DNA of 64,000 nt from Veleropilina oligotropha (GCA_048128005.1 JBEUKZ010000019.1:248001-312000); one strand, 5' to 3'; positions 9,503 through 18,434 are shown, counted from the stretch's first letter. Notes: a model not told the origin generated them from the sequence alone. Numbers and translations: made by a program.

Positions 9503-10804
9503 ATGACTAGCGTATACGGACGCAAGCTTAATCCATACCGCAGGCTGCGTGAGCCCCTCGCAGTCAAGGGCATCCGCCAGTCGGTCACGATTACAAACAA
9601 TCCATCAACGATTGCCCCGAACCAGCAGCTCCTGGTTCGGTTCCCTAATCTCGGGGCGAATGACGTGATCGTTCCAGGGACTGCCCACCTTGCATTTACC
9701 ATCTCACTGACCTCGGTAAATGCGAATAGGACTGTAGTGCAAAATATCGGCCGTGCCGTGATCAGAAAGACCACGATAAAGATAAGTGGAAACGAGATCA
9801 TGTCGATTGACGACTCCGACGTGTACCACTGCTACTGCGATCTCTGGAAGACCACCGGGGAGCGCAAGAACGCCCAGTACCAGGGGATTGATACCAGCGA
9901 TGGGCACAACACTACGAAGCATCGTGTTGGTGCGGCAGACGCCTTTAGACTGTCTGAGGATGTCGCGGTCGCGGCCGCGTACGGTAACCGATTCCGCATC
10001 CCGCTGGATTTCGAGCTGTTGGAAAGTCACATGCCATTCTATCAAAGCACCCTTGGAGACCGTCTCGAGTATGAGCTAACGTTCAACGACTACTCCCGGA
10101 CTATCCGGGAGACGGACGACTCCGGTTCCAGCTATTCCATCGACAATATATCCCTCGAATATGACATGGTAACCCAATCCGAGCTTGCCAGACGGATTCG
10201 AAATCAATACCAGGGTCAACTCGTAATCCTGTACGACCGTGTTCTCCGGCATCGGAAGCTCACCCTAGACAAGAGCGACTCGTTGTGGAATATGAATGTG
10301 AACGTACCGGCGAGGTCGATGAAAGGAATACTACTGTTGTTCGAGGACCCTGCGAGAGACGCCGCGCCATTCTCTCGCGATACTGAGGCCTTCTATAATC
10401 CGAAGATCACAAAGGTCGAGGTCACAATCGAGGGTGTCCCGAATCAAATCTACAGCCAGGGCATGCGAACATACCAGATCTGGGAAGAAGCCAAGAAAAT
10501 GTTCGCCTCCGGCTGCAGCAAGCGGCATCCTGAGGTCGCGATGGTCGCAAAGGACTTGGAGATGGCAGACGTCACCCTGGGCGAATTTCTGACTAAGAAA
10601 TTTGCGCTCTGGATCGATATGCGGGTAACTGACGACGATCAGTTGCACGGGTCAGGCCGGAGGGTCGAGAACGCCAGCGAAGGCATTACTATTCAGATCA
10701 CTAAAACAGCCGAAGCGGCCGGTCCACTGAACGTCTACGAGTTCGTGATCATGGACGCACAGCTGAATATCGAGAATGGCCGATTCGTCGAAGCACTGTA
10801 CTAA
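9503..10804 (+). CDS. Major capsid protein (double jelly-roll, PLV/Polinton-like)
   Basis: 433 aa from the ATG at 9503. The beta-strand pattern is typical of double jelly-roll capsids (QLLVRFP..DVIVPGTAHLAF, VIRKTTIKISGNEIMSIDD, FRIPLDF, LEYELTF, YSIDNISLEYDMV, ITKVEVTIEG). It lies immediately upstream of the packaging ATPase. Confidence 0.8.
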   Translation: MTSVYGRKLNPYRRLREPLAVKGIRQSVTITNNPSTIAPNQQLLVRFPNLGANDVIVPGTAHLAFTISLTSVNANRTVVQNIGRAVIRKTTIKISGNEIMSIDDSDVYHCYCDLWKTTGERKNAQYQGIDTSDGHNTTKHRVGAADAFRLSEDVAVAAAYGNRFRIPLDFELLESHMPFYQSTLGDRLEYELTFNDYSRTIRETDDSGSSYSIDNISLEYDMVTQSELARRIRNQYQGQLVILYDRVLRHRKLTLDKSDSLWNMNVNVPARSMKGILLLFEDPARDAAPFSRDTEAFYNPKITKVEVTIEGVPNQIYSQGMRTYQIWEEAKKMFASGCSKRHPEVAMVAKDLEMADVTLGEFLTKKFALWIDMRVTDDDQLHGSGRRVENASEGITIQITKTAEAAGPLNVYEFVIMDAQLNIENGRFVEALY

Positions 10805-11408
10805 ACGATTTCCGCACACCAAGGACCCCCACTCCGCAATCATCTGCGGCCAGACGGGCTGTGGGAAGACGGTTTTCATGCTTGAACTGCTGGAAGGGGA
10901 GTATCGAGGCGTCTTCCGGCATATCGTGGTCCTCTGCCCCACGATCAAGTACAACAAAGCATACCAGTCTTGTCCGTGGATCTGGACCGACCCTGAGGTG
11001 TATTTAGTCCCCCCGGGTGAGCGACTCCATGACTGGCTGCGGGGGTTCTACCGACTGTTTCAGGGGGAATCAACTTTATATATCATCGACGACTGCGCCG
11101 CGAGCAAGGCTATGGCAAAAAAACGGGACATGCTGACTTTGTTGGCCTTCAGCGGCAGGCATGCTTCCCAGAGCGTATGGGTAGTGACGCAAAAGTAAAA
11201 CTCGGTCTTGAAGGAGCTCAGAGAGCAGACCCGCTGGGTCGCGCTGTTCCATTGCAAGGACCGCGACAGTTTCGAGGACTGTCTGCGCGAGAACGATGTA
11301 ATCCCGTCGCAGGATGAACGGACCGAGGTTCGCCGGCTGTTGGCCGAGACACGACACGCTAAGCTTCTGTTGAAAACTGATCAGCCCGTTGCTTATAGTG
11401 TGCTATAG
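10776..11408 (+). pseudogene. A32/FtsK-like DNA packaging ATPase with one in-frame stop (TAA 11196-11198)
   Basis: Walker A GQTGCGKT, Walker B YIIDD, SGRH arginine finger and VVTQ motif. ORFs 10776-11198 and 11208-11408 are in the same frame (VVTQK*NSVLKELREQT). Confidence 0.88.
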
Positions 11409-11419
11409 CTACCCAGCAG

Positions 11420-12202
11420 ATGCTAAGTAGCTGCCCAGCAAGCTCTCGCATGTCGGACGCTGTATATCTAGCTTTTGCTTTCAGCCAGAGCCTGATCTTG
11501 CTCCTACTCGCTACATTGTGGTATTGGATTTACAGTTATATTAGACCGGTGAGGCGATGCTGGAAACGCTTCAGGATGGACAGCCTCATCGATCAACTCA
11601 TGGATGACGAACAAGAAACGACCATCAACAGCTGTCGCTTGACTCCCGATGGCAAGGAACCTGTCAGTAACAGTGGAGTCGCAAGTTCCGTTTGCGCGGC
11701 AAAGCGTGAGAGGCTTGCAGCCTTAGCCGTTGGAGGACAGGCCCACCGATACATGGGGCGTAACCTCACAGTGGACCGGATAGACGACATGACTGACGAC
11801 GAGGTCGAAAAGCACCACGCGAGGTATGAAGCGAAACTCGGTGCCGATGTGACGAAGACTCTGGGGACTTCAGCTATTCATCTCTACGCGGGGGCAGCTG
11901 GGATGTTCCTGCCCATTCCACCAGCAAACCAGCTACGACTGATCGCCGACCTGGAGGCCGACCCGTTCATCTCACATGCCCTGACCACTGCAAGCTGTGA
12001 GCTGTATTATAAATATGGCATGTACCTCGCACCGCTGACCGCAGCGTTGACCACGGCTAAGCACTGCCAATTTGGACATGTTTGCCCGCCTAAGATACCA
12101 GAGCGAGGGCGAGATCAAGATGACAACGCTGGAAGTGGACCAAGTGATCGAGAGCCAGCCGATAGAGAGGGTGACTTCTTCGACGGACTCATCAGCGAGT
12201 AA
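11420..12202 (+). CDS. Viral hypothetical protein, N-terminal hydrophobic segment
   Basis: 260-aa intact ORF in the co-oriented cluster. The true start is uncertain (11420, 11450 or 11576). Confidence 0.7.
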   Translation: MLSSCPASSRMSDAVYLAFAFSQSLILLLLATLWYWIYSYIRPVRRCWKRFRMDSLIDQLMDDEQETTINSCRLTPDGKEPVSNSGVASSVCAAKRERLAALAVGGQAHRYMGRNLTVDRIDDMTDDEVEKHHARYEAKLGADVTKTLGTSAIHLYAGAAGMFLPIPPANQLRLIADLEADPFISHALTTASCELYYKYGMYLAPLTAALTTAKHCQFGHVCPPKIPERGRDQDDNAGSGPSDREPADREGDFFDGLISE

Positions 12203-12596
12203 AAAGGACCCGAAGAAGGTCGCAGCAGGGAGGGCCGGCGCTGCTGCTCGAAAAGCCAAGCAGGAGAAGCTACTGGCCACGGTTCGAAAAATGAAAGAAG
12301 ACCTGAGTGCCCCAACAAGTGTTGTCGTTCCATCAGAACAGCCCGGGGAGGCGGTTCCAGCCGCAGAAAGACCGCGTGCGCCAGATACACGGAAATCGGA
12401 CCTATTTAATTGGACCCAGGTAGCCGTCGCTGCCGGTACGGTTGCGTTGGTATTTGTTGTCTGGAAGACGTCCTCAGAACGCAGCAACCCTGGTCCATCC
12501 ACACCACATCAACAGCCACCAGACGCGGACGCTAGGCAGCCTCGGGCCGCCCCCACTATCGAATTGAAGAAGCAGAACCCTTTTCATATGCAATAG
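12120..12596 (+). CDS. Viral basic protein with one transmembrane segment
   Basis: KKDPKKVAAGRAGAAARKAK basic motif and hydrophobic WTQVAVAAGTVALVFVVW. First ATG at 12120 (track 12072-12596). Confidence 0.7.
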   Translation: MTTLEVDQVIESQPIERVTSSTDSSASKKDPKKVAAGRAGAAARKAKQEKLLATVRKMKEDLSAPTSVVVPSEQPGEAVPAAERPRAPDTRKSDLFNWTQVAVAAGTVALVFVVWKTSSERSNPGPSTPHQQPPDADARQPRAAPTIELKKQNPFHMQ

Positions 12597-12621
12597 TCGC
12601 AAACGGTACTAATCAACAGTT

Positions 12622-12861
12622 ATGACTACCCCAATCACTGATGGAAAGATGCTCGGCAACGCTGTATACCACGCCGCTATAGTGTCAGGCCTCGCCATAG
12701 GCTACGCACGCCTGACAAAGATGGTATTCAAGGGAGCGAGCCCCAAACTGGACTTCACGGGCTACGATGTCGGGATGGTCGTCCTCGACGTAGCGCTCGC
12801 CATGGCGACGAAAGACATGCTGATCAAGCAAGGCATCATTCCGGCCGATATATTGAAGTAG
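12622..12861 (+). CDS. Small viral membrane protein (79 aa)
   Basis: Two hydrophobic helices; tightly packed between its neighbours. Confidence 0.7.
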   Translation: MTTPITDGKMLGNAVYHAAIVSGLAIGYARLTKMVFKGASPKLDFTGYDVGMVVLDVALAMATKDMLIKQGIIPADILK

Positions 12862-12892
12862 TGGGACCTTGCTAGATAATCGCAGCATTTCA

Positions 12893-13324
12893 ATGGCTTC
12901 CATTGCGATGCTGGTTGGGGGCGCTCTCGTCAACGCCCTCGCCTTCAGCGGCTCCAACTTCCTCTTCTCGAAGCTACGCAGCTCCGGTGTTGATGCGGAG
13001 CGTAAACGCCACGACATAGCTGTAGAACAGCTCAACGCCGCTCAGACTAAATGGTCCCAAAAGAGGGCAGAGCGTCTCGACTGGCTGAACATTGAACTTC
13101 GCCGCCAGGGTCACGCTGTTGGGACATTCCGAGATGTTGACGCCGCTATCCGTGAGTATGCATTGATCACCGGCAAGAAACTTGACCCCACCGCTATAGG
13201 AGGTGGCCCTGAGCCCCAGCTGTCTGACTACTACACACCGAGCGATGCCCAGAAGGGACGTGAGATCACCTTCATCATCCTGGGGATGGCTGCGACCGGG
13301 TTGGTAGCCTACAAGCTCGCCTAA
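12893..13324 (+). CDS. Viral membrane protein (hydrophobic N- and C-termini)
   Basis: MASIAMLVGGALVNALAFSGSNFLF, then a coiled coil, then ITFIILGMAATGLVAYKLA. Confidence 0.75.
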   Translation: MASIAMLVGGALVNALAFSGSNFLFSKLRSSGVDAERKRHDIAVEQLNAAQTKWSQKRAERLDWLNIELRRQGHAVGTFRDVDAAIREYALITGKKLDPTAIGGGPEPQLSDYYTPSDAQKGREITFIILGMAATGLVAYKLA

Positions 13325-13365
13325 TTATTTCTATAGTGAACATTTTTTCGTTGGCATGTATAGTA

Positions 13366-13587
13366 ATGGGGCTCCCAGAAGAGCTGTACTGCGCTATGCT
13401 TGCGGTCGGCTATAGTACTACGTTACTCGACTGCTGGCGCCGCGACGAAAAGACTATGGTGCGGTTCGCGGTCCTGGTGCTCTCGGGCCCGACCAACCTA
13501 CGGGCGACCACTGCGCAGCGACCGGCTCCGGAAGCTGAAGCCTGTTGGAGACTGATCAGTTTACTGGAATACATTGCTGATGGATAG
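13366..13587 (+). CDS. Small viral hypothetical protein
   Basis: Fills the gap before the integrase, and its stop overlaps the integrase start. Confidence 0.45.
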   Translation: MGLPEELYCAMLAVGYSTTLLDCWRRDEKTMVRFAVLVLSGPTNLRATTAQRPAPEAEACWRLISLLEYIADG

Positions 13588-14578
13588 TAAGCTTGCGAGG
13601 ATATACTACAGCCCTAAGGGCTACTGGAAAGGCATTGCCGCGATAAAGAAACTAGCTGAGGCTGCCAAGGCGTCTGAAGTGGAGGCCCGGACATGGCTTA
13701 AGAGGCAGGCTATATGGCAGATCTATTTACCTGCGCCACGGCGGATTCCAAGACCACGGTTTGACGTTACGACGCCGAACGAGGTTCACCAAGCCGATCT
13801 CCTGTTTCTGCCCCATGACATGGTCGGCCGTAAAACGTACAAGTACGCTTTGACTGTGGTTGATGTGGCCAGTCGCTTTAAAGAGGCTGAGCCTCTGGTC
13901 ACAAAAGAGGCCAAAGGGGTTGCTGAAGCACTAGCCCGAATCTACAGGCGGAGTCCTCTTGGCTGGCCGAAACTGCTTCAAGTCGATCCAGGGCGAGAGT
14001 TTATGGGCGCGGTTTCCCAGCTGCTGGCAAAGAATAACGTCGAGGTTAGGCGTGGCCGTGTGGATATCCATCGCGATCAGGGCATTGTGGAGCGCTTCAA
14101 CCGGACGCTCGCTGAGCGGCTCTTCGGGCACCAGTATGCAACAGAGATGCGGTTTGCAGAGTCTGCGAAAGAGGGTCAAAGGTCAACTGAGTGGGTCGCC
14201 CGGTTAGCAGCTGTAGTTGCGGCCTTGAATGGGGAAGTGACCAGGCTGACCGGTAAAAAGCCCAAGGACGCCATCAAGGCAGCTCGCGTTGCCCAAAAGC
14301 CAGGCGCCACTGTTCCAGGCCGACAGGGGAAGGAACAGAAACTCCCCTCTGACGTAGATGTTCGCTACCTTTACTACGATGGTGAGCTGGAGGGGGGTCA
14401 TCGCCGTGCTACTGACCCGGTGTGGTCTCTAAAAGTTTACAGGCTTGGACGCTCCGTCACTAAGCCTGACGAGCCTGTGCTCTACTACTTGCTGGATGGA
14501 CCACCGCGTGGCTTCGTTCGTGAGGAACTGCTCGTGGTGCCTCGTGATACCCAGCTGCCGCCGGTTCTCAGGCGTTAA
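13580..14578 (+). CDS. Retroviral-like (rve, DDE) integrase, Polinton type
   Basis: LARIYYSPKGY N-terminus; catalytic HQADL, LQVDPGREF and IVERFNRT; ends FVREELLVVP with no chromodomain. Confidence 0.93.
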   Translation: MDSKLARIYYSPKGYWKGIAAIKKLAEAAKASEVEARTWLKRQAIWQIYLPAPRRIPRPRFDVTTPNEVHQADLLFLPHDMVGRKTYKYALTVVDVASRFKEAEPLVTKEAKGVAEALARIYRRSPLGWPKLLQVDPGREFMGAVSQLLAKNNVEVRRGRVDIHRDQGIVERFNRTLAERLFGHQYATEMRFAESAKEGQRSTEWVARLAAVVAALNGEVTRLTGKKPKDAIKAARVAQKPGATVPGRQGKEQKLPSDVDVRYLYYDGELEGGHRRATDPVWSLKVYRLGRSVTKPDEPVLYYLLDGPPRGFVREELLVVPRDTQLPPVLRR

Positions 14579-17500
14579 CAACCGCAAATCCTCGTTTTCG
14601 GTTACATTCCAGACACGTTAAGCGCACGTTGTCGCGGGTGTGGCCCCTGCTGTTGTCCACACGGTCGACACTGAACTGCTGTGTGTCTTTGGGCTGGTAG
14701 GCCCAGAGCAGCTCTATGTTGCATGCTGCGCATCGGTTGTTTTGGGCTTCTTTGAGCTGCAGGATGTCATCGACCTTGAGGTTAAATCCCTGGAGTCCCT
14801 TGGCCTGGTCCTGGCGTTTGTATGCCACAAGCTTTTTCTGGATGGTCTTTCGGAGCTGTTGCTCGGTTTGCGGCCGGGGCCTGTCCTCAGCACCCTCATC
14901 CGGAGGACAGGTTACCCGTTCGAGCTGATGCAGCAGCTCCACCCGGGACACGGCTAGGTAGGCGAGATTACTCCACTGAAGGTAGTCATCGATGATCCAG
15001 ACCCTCTGCGGGTCGTGAATCGTAAGACCCTGGCTCGAATGGATGGTGAGAGCATAGCCCAGGCGCCAATCCGGGGTCAGGATAGCCCGCTCAGCGGCGT
15101 CAATGGTGACCTCGACGACGTCGTTCAGAACTAGCTCCTCTCTTTCATCGGTGCCCGGAATGGTTACCATGATGTTTTGCTTACGGGTGTCCCTGGGGTG
15201 GTACAGGATAGGCACCGGGGAGTCTGGGAAGTGCTCCTTGTGCCTCTGGAGCAACAGCTCTTGAGCCCGTTCGCGGACCTTCTGACGGCTTGTGAGGATT
15301 AGGTCGCCTGGCTTCCAGGTGTTGACGAACCGGTCCCATCCAAGGCAGCTGGGGAGCGTCCGTCGCATCTCGTCGCACTGGACTTTGTCGGGTTGGAGAC
15401 GTATACGTCTTTTCAGGGCTTGGAGGGCAGGGTCGTCTTTCGCCCTGTAGTCTACTTCGATCTCCTCATAGTAGTCCGCGGTCCTTCGCAGCCAATCGTG
15501 CGGCATCTCGCCCGTAATCGGTGGTGGCTGGCCTTGATCGCCACAGCAGATAACCTGCACTTCGTGGTGGCCCAGCCAGTCCAAGAACATCTCTAGAATG
15601 TGCCGTGGAACAGTACAGACCTCGTCCCAGATAATGACGTGCGGGATGAACTTCTGACCCATGCGGTCAGGCGTCCAGTCGTTCTGGCCGCTCCATCGGA
15701 AGAAGCTGTGGTAGGTCTGGGCTTTGACGCCTCTGGTCCGCATCTCTTTAGCGAGGCGGTGGGTTGGTGTGAACACGACGGGATTCCTTGCCCGAAAGAG
15801 CTCGATCGCTCTCGTAGTCTTGCCACAGCCCCCTCCACCGTTGAGGTAACTCAGGCGATGGTGGGTCAGTGTGTCATTGTAGCATGGCGCGGTGCTCGGC
15901 TGGCTGGAATTGGCGGCACAACAATACTCTGGCTTGGGTAGGTATGCGGCATGTTCCTGTGGCATATACAGCTGTTCGCCCTTGTCACGCCACTGGGCCG
16001 GTGCTACTGGCGGAAGGTACGGCTCCCCGATCAGACATGAGACGCACGATTTCTCGCCACAGTCGCAGAGTTTGGGGGCAACGTACACCGTGACATCGTC
16101 GAGCTTCTCCAACGAGGCCTTCTTGAGGTAGATGCTGTCAGTGGCTACCCGGACGGCTTCTGCTGCACTGAAACGCTGGACCATGCTCAAGAGGTTTATG
16201 TGGGCATAGGCCAACATGATGGCCCTCAGGTGGGCGTACTGAGGCTGGGAGCCATCATAGTACGTGAGGATGTGCCCCATAGGGCACCTTTGAGGTGCGC
16301 CGACCAGGGTACCGCTTTGGCGGGTGTCTCTTACCAGGAAGTCCAGCTCTCCCTGGTCGGTCACCAGTCTACGTGTCAATCGTTTACCGTCTGCCTTGGT
16401 GCCTTGGGTGAATTTGCCGATGATACTGCAGCCCTGGTCACGATCCGGAGGAAGCCAGACATCGGTCTGCTTTTTGAATGCGATGATGGCTTCTCGGATC
16501 TTGAGGCTTTTTAGCAGTCCAGAGTCTATGAGGAAGGCGAGCAGCGGGGTTGGTGCCCAGCTATTTTCTGCAAAGTGCTTGCCAAACCAGGCGGGGATGA
16601 CGGGGTGGATGTCTTGTGCGAACTCCCACCCCACGACCTCAGCAAACCCGGTGCCGATATCTTCGGGAAGAGGACCGTTTATTGCGACCCGGGTCATGCC
16701 GTGGAGTGGGTGCCCGAATCTTTCGAAATAGGGCTTAGCCTCGCCCTGCCCCAGAAAGCTGGCAGGGTAGCAGGCTTTCATGTCGATGCAGCAGATATCG
16801 CCCGTGTCGTAATTCATGGAATTCCAAAGGCCGCCGTGACCATGCTCTACGCAGGCCTTCTGGATATCATCGAGCAGGGTCGCTGGGGTGGGTTTCCAGC
16901 CGTTAGTCTCCTTGGCCATAATGCTAGCTGCATGGTTCTCGCCAAAGGCTCGATCGGCAAGAGACTCATTCCCCAGCGCTGTACAGGCTTCTTGGAGTCT
17001 CTCGTGAGCCTCTTTTGTCCGGTAAGTGCGGCCATCTTGCAGCACGAACTGGTCCACGCCGAGCTGTTGGTCTTTACCACCTAGGAGCCAGACAGCCAAT
17101 GGCTCATTCTGTGTGGCTTGTCGAATAGCTTCCCAGACATCGCCCTCATACAGGTGGACCTCTCTACTTTGCGGGAAGTGTAGGTCCTTCGACCAGGCGT
17201 GGCCGTTGTGACAGATGAGTTCTACTTTACCTCTCACCCCGTTGCCACCAAACTGGTATTTCCCACTGTTGTAGATGTCCGCACCGGCAATATCTCTCAG
17301 TATAATCGCCCGTTTGAGGATCCTCTCAAGGCCAGCGACGTTCTCAACTGTAGCGCCTGCTTCGTGGACTCGCTCTTCCCACTCCTGTATTTTTCGTCTT
17401 CGTGTCGGAGTGAGTCCGTTTCCTCTCAGGGCACCTTCAAAGTGCTCAATCACTCTTTGGGCAACGCAGTTGAGGTCGCCGTTCTTCATTGGAACCAGGT

Positions 17501-18434
17501 TGGCGGGGTTCGGTTCTCTGAGAGGGTAGAGGCCGTAGACGACTGCAGTGACCGGGTAGGCGTTCTCGTAGTAAACTTTGTCGACCCCAGTGATGGCACC
17601 CGGCTTAGTGTCATGGGATATCTCAAAGACACCCTGGCCCTTCTTTCTCGCAGCTTTCACCGGGTCAAACTTGTCTTCGACCACCCAGTCGCCTTCAGCC
17701 CACTCACGCAAGAACTTTATTCTAAGGACGTACTCGCCTTTTGGAAGGGCTGTGAGGAGCTGTACCGCCCTTGCATCTGTCATACGGGCATCCAGGGCCA
17801 GCCGTCCAGCCACCTCGACCCTCCATGTGGAGAATGCCGCCGCGGCGCCATCGACCTCAAACTCGTCTTTGGCGTTGTTCAAGAGTTCCACCCATGGCTC
17901 TTTTGCTGGGAGCCTTACTGGGGGAGGGGCCTGGTCATCCAGGTCGATGAATGGTTGCCCCTCTGGTGTGGTAAGCAGCCCTAGAAGATCCTTCTGGTAG
18001 TCCTGGGCTGTCCGGGGCTTTTTGGAGATGAGAAGATCGGGCCCCTTCTGAGCAATTGCCTGGGCAAGGGTCTCTTTCCGAGACCTAGTCAGACCGTGCA
18101 AGTGTGGCTTGACGATTCGATCCGTGATGGCGCGAAGCGGCTTCTGTCGTAACCCGGGCTTTTTCTCAGCCCTCGAGGTATATTTACGGACCTTGAGGGC
18201 GGCGTCGACCTCGTCCTTAATCTGCCGCAATTCGCGAGCACGACGGCCTCTTTTGTGGGGGTTCTCCACATCTCCACGTATGGAGGGGAACCTTCCCGTT
18301 TTCATCGCCCGCTCGAGTCTCCTCCGAAACTCCGCAGCATGGACCCCGGCTATTGCCCGGATGAGGTCGTTCTTCTTGAGCTTCGACCGAGCGGGAATCC
18401 CATAATCTTTCGCTAAACCACGCAGTTCATCCAT
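14568..18434 (-). CDS. Multidomain replicase: HEH/Rho-N-like motif, OTU-like protease, PolB-like palm, SF1B (RecD/Pif1-like) helicase, HNH nuclease
   Basis: 1288 aa. ELRGLAKDYGIPARSKLKKNDLI (aa 3-25); GDLNC (319-323) and HNGH (409-412); PolB-like IDMKACYP (550-557), SIIGKF (670-675), ATDSIY (764-769). Helicase motifs GGGGCGKT, IIWDE, GDQGQPPP, YR, YALTIHSSQG, YLAVSR. C-terminal CAAC...SVDRVDNSRGHTRDNVRLTCLECN. Confidence 0.85.
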   Translation of the reverse strand: MDELRGLAKDYGIPARSKLKKNDLIRAIAGVHAAEFRRRLERAMKTGRFPSIRGDVENPHKRGRRARELRQIKDEVDAALKVRKYTSRAEKKPGLRQKPLRAITDRIVKPHLHGLTRSRKETLAQAIAQKGPDLLISKKPRTAQDYQKDLLGLLTTPEGQPFIDLDDQAPPPVRLPAKEPWVELLNNAKDEFEVDGAAAAFSTWRVEVAGRLALDARMTDARAVQLLTALPKGEYVLRIKFLREWAEGDWVVEDKFDPVKAARKKGQGVFEISHDTKPGAITGVDKVYYENAYPVTAVVYGLYPLREPNPANLVPMKNGDLNCVAQRVIEHFEGALRGNGLTPTRRRKIQEWEERVHEAGATVENVAGLERILKRAIILRDIAGADIYNSGKYQFGGNGVRGKVELICHNGHAWSKDLHFPQSREVHLYEGDVWEAIRQATQNEPLAVWLLGGKDQQLGVDQFVLQDGRTYRTKEAHERLQEACTALGNESLADRAFGENHAASIMAKETNGWKPTPATLLDDIQKACVEHGHGGLWNSMNYDTGDICCIDMKACYPASFLGQGEAKPYFERFGHPLHGMTRVAINGPLPEDIGTGFAEVVGWEFAQDIHPVIPAWFGKHFAENSWAPTPLLAFLIDSGLLKSLKIREAIIAFKKQTDVWLPPDRDQGCSIIGKFTQGTKADGKRLTRRLVTDQGELDFLVRDTRQSGTLVGAPQRCPMGHILTYYDGSQPQYAHLRAIMLAYAHINLLSMVQRFSAAEAVRVATDSIYLKKASLEKLDDVTVYVAPKLCDCGEKSCVSCLIGEPYLPPVAPAQWRDKGEQLYMPQEHAAYLPKPEYCCAANSSQPSTAPCYNDTLTHHRLSYLNGGGGCGKTTRAIELFRARNPVVFTPTHRLAKEMRTRGVKAQTYHSFFRWSGQNDWTPDRMGQKFIPHVIIWDEVCTVPRHILEMFLDWLGHHEVQVICCGDQGQPPPITGEMPHDWLRRTADYYEEIEVDYRAKDDPALQALKRRIRLQPDKVQCDEMRRTLPSCLGWDRFVNTWKPGDLILTSRQKVRERAQELLLQRHKEHFPDSPVPILYHPRDTRKQNIMVTIPGTDEREELVLNDVVEVTIDAAERAILTPDWRLGYALTIHSSQGLTIHDPQRVWIIDDYLQWSNLAYLAVSRVELLHQLERVTCPPDEGAEDRPRPQTEQQLRKTIQKKLVAYKRQDQAKGLQGFNLKVDDILQLKEAQNNRCAACNIELLWAYQPKDTQQFSVDRVDNSRGHTRDNVRLTCLECNRKRGFAVVNA

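Noticed and set aside
11196..11198. Programmed stop-codon readthrough in the ATPase
   Set aside because: TAA followed by AAC is not a recognised leaky context, and a single substitution from a Tyr codon is simpler.
14568..15860. Pif1-like helicase as evidence of a Helitron
   Set aside because: There are no HUH Rep motifs. The helicase is fused to a PolB-like domain inside a TIR/TSD-bounded, capsid-encoding element.
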